From contig NC_134032.1 of the NCBI RefSeq assembly GCF_964204645.1, forward strand, positions 13,132,275 to 13,196,274: 64,000 nucleotides of DNA. Reading direction: 5' to 3'. How positions within the stretch are numbered: position 1 is the first letter of the stretch; each line of letters starts with the position of its first letter. The notes below the pieces were generated by a model. That model ran no database searches. It saw nothing but the letters and a program-made list of their open reading frames with translations, and was not told where the DNA came from. Origin of the DNA: Tubulanus polymorphus. Its lineage: Eukaryota > Animalia > Nemertea. A program made the translations under genes and the position numbers. This document shows positions 13,061 through 26,121 of this stretch, in pieces.

Positions 13061-16000
13061 TTTTCACCGATGTTATGATTCACCGGTGGCTGGTTGTTCA
13101 CTGTATAATACTGCATCTGATTAGTCTGCAACATGTGCACGTACTGTCCGTGAATCTCCTCGCGAGGATCGCGCGTGTCCTCGTCAGGCGACTGCGACGC
13201 GAACTGCAACCGCTGCAGCACGTCGAGACTGATCGCGCGCGGACAATCGAGAATCTGCGCTTGAACGCGGCCGTTTTCGCTCGCGTTCGCCATCGCCGAT
13301 TCGAGCTGCGCGACGAATAAATCCGCGGGAAACCCCGCCCGAGACGACCCCGCAGACGAGGTTTCATCGATACCGATCTGATCGATTCCCAGCGGCGGCT
13401 GCTGCTGCTGCTGCATATCGTGAATGACGACTAGATTATGACTGGCCATCAATTGTCGCGTCGTAGCCGTCAAGCCGGCGACGTCGTCTAACGATTTAAC
13501 CGCGCCCGGGGACACGCCGTCGAACTGCGACGATAGTTCGCTGACGTGCACGGTGACGCCGTCCGCGCCGAGATTACGAATTTGTACCGTTATATCGTCG
13601 TCAGTTACGTCGCTGCGGCTCTTACGCACGAATTCGTAACCGTCACCGGCCGCGAGTTCCTCCCCGCTGATAATTTCTGCCGGCAACAAAATAACCGCGT
13701 CTCCTTCGCTCGACGCCGATTGAGACGACGTCGGCTCCGCGCCGATCGTTAGTTCGTCCGATTCATCGTCGAGCATCCGTTCCTTCGTTTTCAAGCGCGC
13801 TTCCTCCAGCGCGGAGACCGTCTCCGCCGGTAGCGTTAACGGCTGGCCGTCCTCGCGTTTCGGTACGGGAAGCGGCCCGGCGACGTCGCCGATCAGCGCC
13901 TGCGGCGCCGATATCGTCGCGGCCGGCGCGTCGCCGCCTTCGTCGACTTCCGTTCGCGACGACGATTTCGGCAAGTCCAAATTGAAATCGACCACCTTCA
14001 CCCATTTGATCGCCATGCCCTTGTGCGCCGAGCGACAGTGCACGCGGCAATTACCGCTCAACTCGCAGCGGAAATCGCAATACGCGCATTTATACGGTTT
14101 GAGGCCGCGTTGCGTGTGCATGATGCGCACGTGTTGTTTCAGATTGGACAGCGAGCCGCCACGGTAGCTGCAGAACTCGCAGCGGTAACGCTTCTCGCTG
14201 TGCACCCAGTTCGTGTGGCCGCGTAGCGAGTTCGCCGACACGAACGACTTGCCGCAGTCGGCGCACGTGAAATTGCGAACGTTCAAATGCGAATTGATGT
14301 GATTTGTGAGGTGTTTTTCGCGCATTGTTTTGTAGTCGCACATCGGGCAGTGATAGAGACGTTCGTTTTCGCGCACTTGTATATTATGACGAGATAACAT
14401 GTGACCTGTAACGATAATAAAGAGTAAATTCAGACCAGGGCGGCCACTTTGTTGAGTGTTGAGTACTACTAATATGAACATAATATCGAGTTAATGTGAG
14501 GAATAGAATTCATCAGAATTAAGCTTAATACACCACAATGCGGCGTACTAGCAAAGTCCATCAAACGCCGAGTAGGTGCACTAAAAGAACGCCCTGAAAA
14601 GGTTAATAAAGTGTTGAAAAAAATTCCTCCTCACAACGTTGAATAACGGGGATATTGCTAAAGTGTGTCTACACCACAGTGCAGTGTACTAAGTCCATCA
14701 CCAATTTATACACCGCACTGCAGTGTAGATGCCCTGAAAAGGTTGAGCGTTAAATTTTGTACCCCAGCAGGTTGATCACCGATTTATACACCGCACTGCA
14801 GTGTAGATGCCCTGAAAGGGTTAAACGTTAAATTTTCTACCCCAGCATGTTGATCACCGATTTATACACCGCACTGTAGAGTAGACACACCGAAATAATC
14901 AAGTAATGTGAACTTACTAATCATGCTGTATTTGTTCATGGTGTTATAATTACAGTGATCGCACTGTAGTTTCTCCGTCGTATGCTGTCGTACGTGAGCG
15001 CGGATTTCGCACTTACGAGCGAACGAATGGCCGCATATTTCACACATGTACGGTCGAATACGTTTGTGCACTTTATCGACGTGCATTACCAAACTCCTGC
15101 AAAATAAAAACATATTTAAAGTACAGGATTCAGGACAAAGTTCTAGACTTTTAAGCCTAGCGCACATCGACAAAGTGACTGGAGACAACTAGTTGCTAGT
15201 GAGTATCCCGCGCACATCGAAAATTTAGTAAAAACCAGCAACTGCGTGGCTCATGCCGGTCGCTAGGTCCGTAGCGCACACATCGACAGCAACTGAGATG
15301 TGGTTTAGCGAATATTCTTGAGGGCATCACAAGTCACGTGACAAATAGCTTTGTTTTAGTCAGTTACAGCCATGTGTTGTTGATTATGGAGCGCTCACAT
15401 CGACGGATATGAGAGCAACTGAGTACAACTAGTTGCTCAAAAGTAGAACATGAGCATCTGGGTGGAACTGGAGATAGATGGACGCTAACCAGTCGTAAGC
15501 TCGCTCACATCGACAAATTCGAGCAACTGATTGTATCCAGCCAGTTGCTCTCATGCGCCGAAAACTGCCTGGCAACTAGTTGTCTCCAATCGCAGTGTCG
15601 ATGTGCGCTAGGCTTTAGAATACAGGGTCCAGTTCCGCAGTTCCGAGTTAAGACTTGACTGGTGATGAGTTAACTCATTGAAAAGGAACTAACTTTATCT
15701 CAAGAGTTATAACTCTTAACTCATAACTGTGGAACTGGGTCCAGATATATGGATTGCATGTGAAGCCTAAACGATCACAAATTGAAAGAACAGGGTGGCC
15801 CCTTTTATTATTTGAATACCCTGCTAGCTTTTTTTCCCAACTATTTGCTAACTTGGAAGAGATTTTCCCCGCTGAGAATCCAATCAATTAATAAAGTTAG
15901 AATACATTAAACGTACACGGAAACTGTTTGATGATATACGCGATTTAACTAGCCCAACAAATATCCCCAATTATTCCCTGACTTTGTTAACTGGGTGACT

Positions 16001-19000
16001 TTTCGAATGAAAATAAAATTCCCTCACTCTTCCTCGATTTACAGATACCGGTTGCAGCCACTTAGAAGAAACGTGATAAAAAGTATCAAATGACGAAGGG
16101 GTACTCGAGGTACCCGCATGCATTAGGAAGGCGTCTACTGTACGATCACTTACTGTCTAGTTTTCAGACACCGGCCGCATTCCTGACACACGAACGGCTT
16201 ATCGCGTTGATGTTTGATTTTGTGCGCTTTCAACGAACATTTCTGGAAACATGTGTAGTGGCATCCCGGTTCCTCGCACTCCAATAACTAGAAATAAATG
16301 AATATATTGATCAACCTGAATTCTTGCAGATTCAGATCGGAAAGTGGTTAAGTCAGTCGTACAATCAAGCCACAGTACGGTCAAGTTTAAGTAGTACAGT
16401 GGATTATGGCTGGTCAAGTCAGTAGTAGGTAGGCTACAGTTGACTATGCAGTAGGTAAGCTAAGTCAGTAGTAGGTAGGCTTCAGTCAAGTCTGCAGTAC
16501 GTAGGCTACTGTTAACTGTAGCCTACAGTTAAGTCCACAGTAGTCAAGTCAGTAGTAGGTATGCTACAGTCAAGTCCGCAGTATGTAGGCTACAGTTACC
16601 AGTAAATCCACAGTAGTCAAGTCAGTAGTAGGTACGCTACTGTCAAGTCTGCAGTATGTAGGCTACAGTTACCGGTAGCCTACAATTAAGAAGTACACAC
16701 ACAGTAGTCAAGTCAGTAGTAGGTACGCTACTGTCAAGTCTGCAGTATGTAGGCTACAGTTACCAGTAAATCCACAGTAGTCAAGTCAGTAGTAGGTACG
16801 CTACTGTCAAGTCTGCAGTATGTAGGCTACAGTTACCAGTAAATCCACAGTAGTCAAGTCAGTAGTAGGTATGCTACAGTCAAGTCCGCATTATGTAGGC
16901 TACAGTTACCGGTAGCCTACAATTAAGTAGTACACAGTAGTCAAGTCAGTAGTAGGTACGCTACTGTCAAGTCTGCAGTATGTAGGCTACAGTTACCGGT
17001 AGCCTACAATTAAGAAGTACACACACAGTAGTCAAGTCAGTAGTAGGTACGCTACTGTCAAGTCTGCAGTATGTAGGCTACAGTTACCAGTAAATCCACA
17101 GTAGTGAAGTCAGTAGTAGGTACGCTACTGTCAAGTCTGCAGTATGTAGGCTACAGTTACCGGTAGCCTACAATTAAGAAGTACACACACAGTAGTCAAG
17201 TCAGTAGTAGGTACGCTACAGTCAAGTCCGCAGTATGTAGGCTACAGTTACCGGTAGCCTACAATTAAGTAGTACACACACAGTAGTCAAGTCAGTAGTA
17301 GGTACGCTACTGTCAAGTCCGCAGTATGTAGGCTACAGTTACCGGTAGCCTACAATTAAGTAGTACACACACAGTAGTCAAGTCAGTAGTAGGTACGCTA
17401 CTGTCAAGTCTGCAGTATGTAGGCTACAGTTACCAGTAAATCCACAGTAGTCAAGTCAGTAGTAGGTACGCTACTGTCAAGTCTGCAGTATGTAGGCTAC
17501 AGTTACCAGTAAATCCACAGTAGTCAAGTCAGTAGTAGGTATGCTACAGTCAAGTCCGCAGTATGTAGGCTACAGTTACCAGTAAATCCACAGTAGTCAA
17601 GTCAGTAGTAGGTATGCTACAGTCAAGTCTGCAGTATGTAGGCTACAGTTACCGGTAGCCTACAATTAAGTAGTACACACACAGTAGTCAAGTCAGTAGT
17701 AGGTACGCTACTGTCAAGTCTGCAGTATGTAGGCTACAGTTACCAGTAAATCCACAGCAGTCAAGTCAGTAGTAGGTTAAGTTAAGTTCACAGTAGTCAG
17801 TCAGCAGTTAGGTAGACGACTACAAGTAGAGTCAGAAGTACAGTCTAGTCAAGTCCACAGTAGTCGAGTCAGCAGTATTATAGTCAAATTACCGGTGAGT
17901 CCACAGTAGTCGAGTCAGCAGTACAGTCAAGTAACCGGTAGAGAGAGACAAATGTAAACCTGCCTCGGTTGGTATCTGTTTACCTTTAGCGAAGAATCTT
18001 TGATGCCGTGTTTTTTAAACTTGTGCCGTTTCAACGCGAACTGTTTGCGACATTCTTTGTTACAGATGTTGCACGGATATTTCACGCCGTGTTTCGGCAG
18101 ATGGTCGGTCAACTGGTAGAACAAGCGCGCCGAATACTGGCAGTGCGGACAGTCGTATTTCACCTGAAAACACAAATTTCAAATACGTTTAACCCTTTCA
18201 GTGCATCTACACCTCAGTGCGGTGTATGAATCGGTGAAGCATTTTACTAGTACACCACACTGTGGTGTATTGATGTAATTAGTTTTTAGTTTTTATCTCT
18301 ATACAAAGATGACAGCACCCATCAAACACACATCGTGAAATACTAGCACCTAACGACAGTGCTATTCCCGTTATTCAACACACTAGGGTGGAATTTTCCA
18401 AAATTTTCACATTTTCTCTAGCACTTAGGGTATTAATTAGTCAGCACGGAAAGGGTTAAGGTACGTGATTAATGTACACTATACAAATTACTATTTGCGT
18501 TCGGTGAGACATACCCGTACTTCTGCATAATATAAATTCATCTTCATTTTTCATCATTTCAATCCTTTTCATTCTTTAATTTGTTCATGTTTATATCAAG
18601 GCGTCTGAACATCCTTTTGCATATATACAGCCTTTATGGCTGTGATAAGACGAGAAGATACACAATATCCGTGTATGATAACGAGAGAAATCCCACAATA
18701 ACGAAGAATTTTTCAATCTTGGCTTCGTTATTGTGGGATTTCTCTTGTTTTTATGGCTCTACTCGGGCTGCTGTCACCTCATTATAATCTATTTTGTTAT
18801 CGTTAATTTTGTAGGTATCGATGGTGACAAATAAACTACTATATAATACACCGACGTTTTAATCAACTCTTTAACGACTGGCTCTAAAACGACGATTTTT
18901 TCCGAATAAGTACATTTTAACTTTCCGAATTATATCACCGGTCCTTGTTTATTCATGGAACCCGAATACTCATTAGATGTATCCGATTGTCTAGGTAATT

Positions 19001-21603
19001 TCCACGCATTACCTGTAACGAGGAACACTATTCCCCCATGACCCTAACCCCCGCCCATCATTTTCTCACCGGATCTACATCGATCTCAAGAACGATAAAA
19101 ACGGACTCCAACCGTGGAAATGCGCGTTTCCGAACAAGATTTTAATCCCTGGAGGAATGAGGTGAAAGTAGACTAATAATTTCGTTTTGACTTAGTTACC
19201 AGATAGACTACTCATTGAAGTGAAGCCACACTGACGACGGCTGGCAATTATGTCAACATTCTTTTCGCTATTTTCATGGACAAATTCTTTTAAGCAAGAA
19301 TAAATTGACCACAGGTCTGGCGCGTTCAACAACGTTAAAAAAAAAATACTTCACTTACCGCCGGATGAACTAAAACCATGTGCAAGTTCAATTCACTGTC
19401 GAGTTTCGATTCGAACGCGCACTGATCCTCGCGACACCGAAACACGCCGCGGATCGCGTCGCGCGCCCGTCCGCGGTTACGTTTACCGAGACTGTGCTCC
19501 TCGACGAAGTGTAACTGCATGACGCGACAGTCGACGAACACTCGGTGACAACGCAGACACTCGTACTTATAACGATCTCCCGCGCCGGACGCCGAAAGGT
19601 CGATATACGCGAAACTGGCGTATTGACCGTGCGTCGTCTGCAGGTGTTCGAACAGCGACTCCTCGCGAGGGTAAACCTCGTCGCAGTAATGACACTTCAA
19701 ATTTTCTCGCCTGTAAGAAAATAAGTGATGTCATAGTGTGATGGATTCACATGGAGGAAGCCGAAATCTAAACCTGTGACTTAATGATTTAGGATGGGCC
19801 TTTATATTCCCTTAAGGGGTCATTCATTTATTACGTACGCATTAGGGGAGGGGGGAGGTGTCAGTGCAATTGCGTACTGTAATGCTTAATGTATATGAAA
19901 AAATGGCAGATTTTGCGTAGAGGGGGAGGGGGGGTTGAAAAATTCAAATTTTATGCATACGTAATAAATGAATGACCCCTAAGGCTAGAGTGAGGTTCTA
20001 AGGATACAGTTCCAAAAGGATATCAGAGAATGTTATCCAGAATAAACAAATTTTATTCTTGCCAGTCATGAATAAACGAGTTTTCGCTCAAGGATCTAGG
20101 AATTGCATCCGGTTCCACTTTACCCCAGTCAGTAACCTGCCTGCGGTTTAGTTTTATGATCGGATGTTGGTATGAGTCCATCTGATTATAAAAGCTTACC
20201 ACCAAATGTAACTACAGTTTGTGCCCAGCAACTATTAATACTTACTTAATGTCGTCGAATTTCATTTCAGTTTTGACCGCGGTCGCGCCCGGAGACGCGA
20301 TGTACTTCCGATGAACGGGCAAGTATCGTAAAACGCGCGATTTATGCCGGTGTCGACAGTCGAGGTGGCGCCACAATCCGCGTCGCGTCTGATACGACTC
20401 GCCGCACACGTAGCACTGGCGCGATAGATCGACGCTGTGCTCGTCGAACAGGTGTTGCTCGAAATCGCGATACGCGCGCGCATTCACCGATTCGTCGCGA
20501 TTCCCTGACGATTCCTCTAAGCGCGGGCAGCGCGGACACGCGAGCGCGAACGGCTCCCGCGCGTACGCCAGCGTCGCGATATCGTGGCTCGTCCGCAAGT
20601 GATCGGACACGCACGCGTGCGTCGGGAATCGCGATGCGCACTGCGGGCATTTGATCGACGAGTTTTTGCGCGACGACGGCGCTTTTTTGACACGCGACGC
20701 CGATCGTGTCGTAATCTCGTCGGAGTTCGTTCTCGCCGGTGGCGACGCCACCGGTTCCATCGCTTCGAACCAGTCGATCGAACCGTGATACGAACGAGAA
20801 TGATTTTTTAGAATATTCAAATGCGCGAACGCGCGACGACAAAAGCGGCATTTATACGGCGCGGCTTTCACGTTGATGGCCCCGCGGCGTTGGCGTTGCG
20901 TTTTCTTCGACGCCGGCGCCATTGCTCCCCGTATCCGATGTTCTACGACGTAATGTGCTCGGTAGCGATTCCGTAAATCGAACGTCCGCGAACATTTCGC
21001 GCATTCGATTCGACCCGATTCGTTTTTAACGCCGATTGGAATGCCGGCGCCGCCGCTCGCGCCATCGCGTCGGGCCATCGCGTAGTTAAACGTTTCGTGG
21101 CGTTTCGACCGATGAAGTTTCAATAATGCGTCGTATTTGAATCGTCTTTTGCAAGCGGAACACTGGTGGCCGCTCGCGACATCGGCGGCCATATCCCGAC
21201 ATCTTCTCGATGTCGAATCTGTCTTTTCGTCATGAATTTTTCCCTCTTTACGTTCGATATCGCGACGTTCACCGATGTCAGCCGCGAGACATCGTCCGGT
21301 CGTCCGTGACGACAGTAGTAGTCGTTTTAATTTCCGTTTCAAACGCTTTTCATCCTCGTTTTTGCCGGCAAACATCGGCTCCGATTTCGAATCGTCGGAT
21401 TTTTCCTTTTCTCTTTCTTCGATCAAAGTTTTAATTTTGCGGTCGAGTATTCGATCGGACGACCGCACCGCTGACACCTGGTGACGTTTCGGAGAACCAC
21501 GGCGGGTTTTCTTCGGTTTCGTTTCATTTGTTCTCATAACCTCTAGTTTGATGTTATCACTAGAAGGCGCTAGTCCTATTTGACCCTGGATCGCGGGTTC
21601 CAT
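13030..21603 (-). CDS. Large multi-exon C2H2 zinc-finger protein
   Basis: Exons ~20246-21603 (MEPAIQGQIG...), ~19359-19711, ~17985-18163, ~16140-16288, ~14918-15097 and 13030-14404 have GT-AG boundaries and many CxxC...HxxxH fingers (e.g. CEICGHSFARKCEIRAHVRQH, linker GLKPYKC), followed by an acidic/Q-rich C-terminal tail. Confidence 0.88.
15154..15614. mobile_element. PIF/Harbinger-type MITE, TTA TSD
   Basis: TIRs agcctagcgcacatcgaca / tgtcgatgtgcgctaggct are flanked by TTA on both sides, with internal cacatcgac and caactagttg subrepeats. Confidence 0.85.
16400..17930. repeat. Intronic compound minisatellite with 73-bp and ~91-bp alternating unit types
   Basis: Core cacagtagtcaagtcagtagtaggtacgctactgtcaagtctgcagtatgtaggctacagttacc, followed by either agtaaatc or ggtagcctacaattaag...acacac. 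Periods 16741 to 16814 and 16650 to 16741. Confidence 0.95.
18189..18459. mobile_element. piggyBac-type MITE (TTAA|CCCTTT...AAAGGG|TTAA)
   Basis: TTAA flanks, CCC/GGG termini and internal tacaccgcagtgcggtgta palindromes. Related copies at 28107-28397, 28967-29261, 31010-31304 and a degenerate cluster at ~14520-14890. Confidence 0.85.
19816..19979. mobile_element. PIF/Harbinger-type MITE, TAA TSD
   Basis: TIRs ggggtcattcatttattacgtacgca / tgcatacgtaataaatgaatgacccc are flanked by TAA. Confidence 0.85.
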
Positions 21604-22567
21604 ACTCCTAATGTCAATGACACATAATCTCGGTGTCCCTACCCCCCTCGTAGGCACAACTATTCAGCATCCTAGTCGAAAGAAAGTAAGGGTCCTAGAC
21701 CTATAAAAATATGAGAAATACGGGTTATATTGCAACAATGACAACTTATTTAGACAAGTGGGGACAGTTCTTACAGTCTTTCCGCTGCCTGGAAATGAAA
21801 GGTTCGTGAACCTTTTTACCCGTCATTTCTAGGCAGTCAGTGAAAGATCATCAAAACTGACCGAGCTAGGCCAACGGAAGTCAATTAGAAATAGGACATT
21901 ACTGTTGAGGACCGTTCTGACGGCCTTCGTTCACTCATCACTGGATGGAAGGGAGAAAGGTTCAGCATCATCGTTTGTTTAGCATATAGCTCTCGCGACG
22001 TTTCTCAATTCTCGACGTTTGCTGCAAAAATGGCAGTGGAAGTGGTGGCCATACACCTTTTTGAAACAACAACGTACCCTATGTTTGGGGGGTCGGCTAT
22101 TGTTGACGACCAAGATTACCCAGACCCAATCATCAACGCACAAACGCGCCCAAAATAATAAGCTGCAGAAGAGAAATTTTTTTCGTTTGACAGTTAGATT
22201 TCATAAGGGTGACTCCAGTTAAACGCACTCCCTGTAATATTTGCGTACGCGAGTCAATTAGGGATAGCTCCGATAATATCCAACCCTTACGCGAGCAAGG
22301 GCTTCACAGTACTCGCTTACCTCTGTAAGCTACCCACTTCGGCCTCCTGCGTTCTAGATGGTCATCCAAGAACAAAATTGTCTCCTTTATTTCAAGGAAA
22401 AAAGGCCTAAGATGAGGTAGGGACAATTTGTTTGCAAAGTCCCCAAAATTGGTGCTCAATCATTAGTCAGTGTGGCCACTAAGAAAATCCTCAACGTTTC
22501 CCTTCGAGCCCTGGCCCGAGCCGGGCCCCCTTTAAGAAATCATCCGCTCAAGCCCTTCATTGGCTAT

Positions 22568-23512
22568 TGATTCAGAGTGGTCCTGATGCTGAATGGAGGA
22601 TGTACAGGGGTGTCCCGGGTTCGAACCCAGTAATTACTGATGCTGATTCAGAGTGGTCCTGATGCTGAATATATAGAGGATGTACAGGGGTGTCCTGCAG
22701 TTATCAGTAATTACTTTTGTTAAGATATCAACATTTTACCGTACGGTGCTGTCTCTACGCTCATCGTTAGCGGGATTTTTATACACTAACGTTAGTCAAC
22801 TCTGGCAAGCTAAGGTCACGGAGTATAACTGGACAGCACGTCGATTGCCAGAGTTGACTTTAGTTAGTGTATGAAAATCCCGCTGGTGAAAGCATAGTGG
22901 CAGCACTGTACGGTCTGGACACCCCTGTACATCCTTTATTCAGCATCAGGACAACTCTGAATCAGTATCAGTAATTACTGGGTTTGAACCCAGGACACAC
23001 CTGTACATCCTCTATTCAGCATCAGTACCACTCTGAACCAGTATCAGTAAATACTGTGTTCGAACCTAGGACACCCCTGTTCATCCTTTATCCATCACGA
23101 CCGCTCCGAATCACAGTAATTGATGGGTTTGAACCCGGGACATCCCTGTACATCCTCTATTCAGCATCAGGACCACTCTGAATCAGTATCAGTAATTACT
23201 GGGTTCGAACCCGGGATACCCCTGTACATCCTCCATTCAGCATCAGGAGGACCACTCTGAATCAGTATCAGTAATTACTGGGTTTGAACCTGGGACACCC
23301 ATGTACATTCTCTATTCAGCATCAGGACCACTCTGAATCAGTATCAGCAATTACTGGGTTTGAACGCGGGACAGCCCTGTTCATCCTTTATCCATCAGGA
23401 CCACTCTGAATCACAGCAATTGATGGGTTTGAACCCGGGATACCCCTGTACATCCTCTATTCAGCATCAGAACCACTCTGAACCAGTATCAGTAATTACT
23501 GGGCTCGAACCT
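22568..23512. repeat. 76-bp tandem repeat in fold-back arrangement around a ~180-bp internal hairpin
   Basis: About 8 units (tcagcatcaggaccactctgaatcagtatcagtaattactgggttcgaacccggg...; period 23161 to 23237) at 22918-23512. About 2 reverse-complement units at 22568-22712. The centre (22738-22913) is itself an imperfect inverted repeat. Confidence 0.85.
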
Positions 23513-25173
23513 TAGAGACGATCAGGAGGTCATCGGCTACATTTACTGAAAGCATGAAGAAAATAAAAACAATGATTTTTACAAGAGAAACACAAATCTC
23601 ATGTAATTAATCATGTAATGTTAACACCAAAAGAAGGATACTGGGTGCCACTTTTAAAGGCAAAACTAACTATTCAGGACTCTGCTTCTGTATATAAAAA
23701 TCAAACCGATCATCAGTGGAAATATCAAATTAGCGGGTGGTGAAATATATATGCCGTCACAAAATATTGCCGAAGGGCACTGGGGAAAACCCACTAATAC
23801 CATGTATTCACGATTATTCATCATTCATACTGTTATCACAGAATCCCGTCAATAGACAGATTTTCATTAAAAAAATTCCTCGATTCAATTGAGGGGAGAT
23901 ATATGAGGCATTTTTAATTACTTGGAGCACCGATCCTCTGAAATTCTGCCAAAAACTTCATGGTAACCACTCATAATTTAAAAAAAAAACAAATTGTTTT
24001 CTTTAATTTTGATACTCAACTGGAGATTAAACGGTACATCATCATGTAAATTTAGGAAAGTCCATATTAGAATTTCGTTTCTTGATGTTCCAATTTACTC
24101 TTATCCCAATTTTTGATTTTGGTCAGAGTATGGCGGTATCAAATCATGCGTACAGGGTCAGTCTGTCCATGAGGACACTAGTTCTGATAAGTCAGACAAG
24201 TCATGATTAGGCATTAAAGCAATTCACTAAGTGAAAAACTGCCAGGGATTACACCACTTGAGTGTTTGAGTTGCTACATACTACTAACTAAAAACTCAAG
24301 TAATAATGGAAACGAGCAAGGAATTTGAAATTATTCCGACTATTTCAATTCGTTGGTCCGAGATCGACACCGTTCTGTTTTGTCCGGGGTATTTGTGAAT
24401 GTTTTTACTGGCACGCCGAGATTTCACGATTTCTTGAAATAGACGATAGGAGTTGTTCCTGAAAGACGGATATTTTATCATGGTGGATTAGATTTCGACG
24501 AAATGAATACGGGGTTTATTCACGGCGTGGGGGTCGCTCTGGCCATTCACGCTAGCAGGGGGCTTTACCTTCTGACTTTCGGGAATGGGTTCTTTCAGGA
24601 CATGAAGGCAGTTTATGACCAGTCTTATTAGAATTTTTGTTACCGACTTCGACTACTATTTCAGCGATGGTTTTGTTTGATAAATCGTATTACCTATCTG
24701 TCTGAAATAATTTACTTCCAATATTGTCAATTTAAAAAATAGAAACGGACGGATAGTTTATTGATAAAAACTGAAAGGAATTGAGTTATAGATTGAGACT
24801 TTATCAATCCACTGTAACGTGAAGTATCGGAGAGTTCGATGATGATGTCTAACGTCTGGTGTTTGCTAGTTCACTTTCCAGTTTAACTTCTGGTGTTAGT
24901 TCGCTTTCGTTCATTTCTTGGAAAATGTCGTGGGCGAGGTCCTGAACTCAGGTATAAGATGAATGAATAGTTTTAGATGTGATCAAAATGAAAAATGATG
25001 AAAAAGTTCTGGACGCCTTGGTGCTGGTGGTTCCGCGGGCAGCAGATTGACACACTGATGACAAATCTAAATCACTTGGATCCAGTTCCACAATTCTAAG
25101 CGAATTAGCTGTTACTACATTATCAATAATTCCGAAACAAAACCCTCGCCGTACAACCGCGGGACCTGGGATG

Positions 25174-26121
25174 TTACTTGCAACATCGAAAAAGACGACA
25201 CATTTCATGTCGGAATTTCGGTCCGCTGATGCAATAAAGCCAGAAGTTGATCGCGTAGTTAACGTACGATATTAGACCTAGCGTCGCGTCTAAAGTCGTA
25301 CCGGCCCAGTCGACCACGTCCAAATAAATACTATACGGTAACGTAGCGGTTATGAAGGTGAAATTAGTAACGAGTAACATAATTGTAACGCTTTCTACTT
25401 TGTCCTTTTTCTTCTCGGCGCTCGTTTGCCGGTTGTTCGTCATGGCGGCGCGACCAGAGCGCGAACGTTTTATCAAAACGATAATGACGACGTTGCTGGT
25501 GAACGAAACGCTGAACGGGATGATAACGCTCAAAGTAGTGTCGACCGTTTCTAGATATTTATTGAGATACTTAATGTAGGTTCCGTCCTCGTCCAAAGGA
25601 CACCATCCGTACGGATAGTGAATATTGACGGCTAGGATCGCCACTAGTACGGTCGCCAGCACGCTGCCGACATTCTTTCTCGTGCAGATAAGCCGCGCCT
25701 TCATCGGAAACGCGACCGATATGCAGCGCTCGATGCTTATGACGACCAGCGACCACGCCGATAGCATGGACGATACGTACGTCAGGTATATGTGGAGTTT
25801 GCATAGAATCGGATGGGATTGGATCCTGATGTCGACTTGCCAGACGTTCAACCACAGAATCAACCGACGAATGAAGCCCGTGCATAAGTAGGCCGTATCG
25901 GCGCAGGCTAACGACGTGAATACGATCGAAAACGACGATTTGCGGAGATTTTTTGCGTTGAAAACGGTGACAATTAGGAAATTTCCGATTACGCCCAATA
26001 CGAACAACGTCACGCCGACAACTGTAACAACAGTTTCGAGAGCGGGCGTTATTCCGAACAATGCGGCCATTTGTTCGCGTGTGTATTGCGGCTGTATTTC
26101 ATCGGTGTTATTTGACTCCAT
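25174..26121 (-). CDS. Class A GPCR (peptide receptor-like), intronless
   Basis: 315-aa ORF. Motifs: TM1 GVIGN, TM2 LACAD, Cys before TM3 (LCK), SIERC, TM5 IIPF, TM6 TLP, TM7 AINFWLY, helix 8 KFR, terminal CC. Confidence 0.9.
   Translation of the reverse strand: MESNNTDEIQPQYTREQMAALFGITPALETVVTVVGVTLFVLGVIGNFLIVTVFNAKNLRKSSFSIVFTSLACADTAYLCTGFIRRLILWLNVWQVDIRIQSHPILCKLHIYLTYVSSMLSAWSLVVISIERCISVAFPMKARLICTRKNVGSVLATVLVAILAVNIHYPYGWCPLDEDGTYIKYLNKYLETVDTTLSVIIPFSVSFTSNVVIIVLIKRSRSGRAAMTNNRQTSAEKKKDKVESVTIMLLVTNFTFITATLPYSIYLDVVDWAGTTLDATLGLISYVNYAINFWLYCISGPKFRHEMCRLFRCCK

Noticed and set aside
13036-21484. Numerous overlapping or antisense ORFs in the zinc-finger exons
   Set aside because: Expected shadow ORFs of GC-rich coding sequence, with no recognisable motifs.
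22918-23512. tRNA gene cluster or hammerhead array
   Set aside because: A B-box-like motif is present but I could not fold a cloverleaf, and CTGATGCTGA lacks the CUGANGA...GAAA pairing of a hammerhead.
24948-25208. ORF overlapping the end of the second GPCR as a frameshifted C-tail
   Set aside because: The GPCR already ends plausibly after helix 8 with a CC palmitoylation-like motif, and nothing else supports a frameshift.
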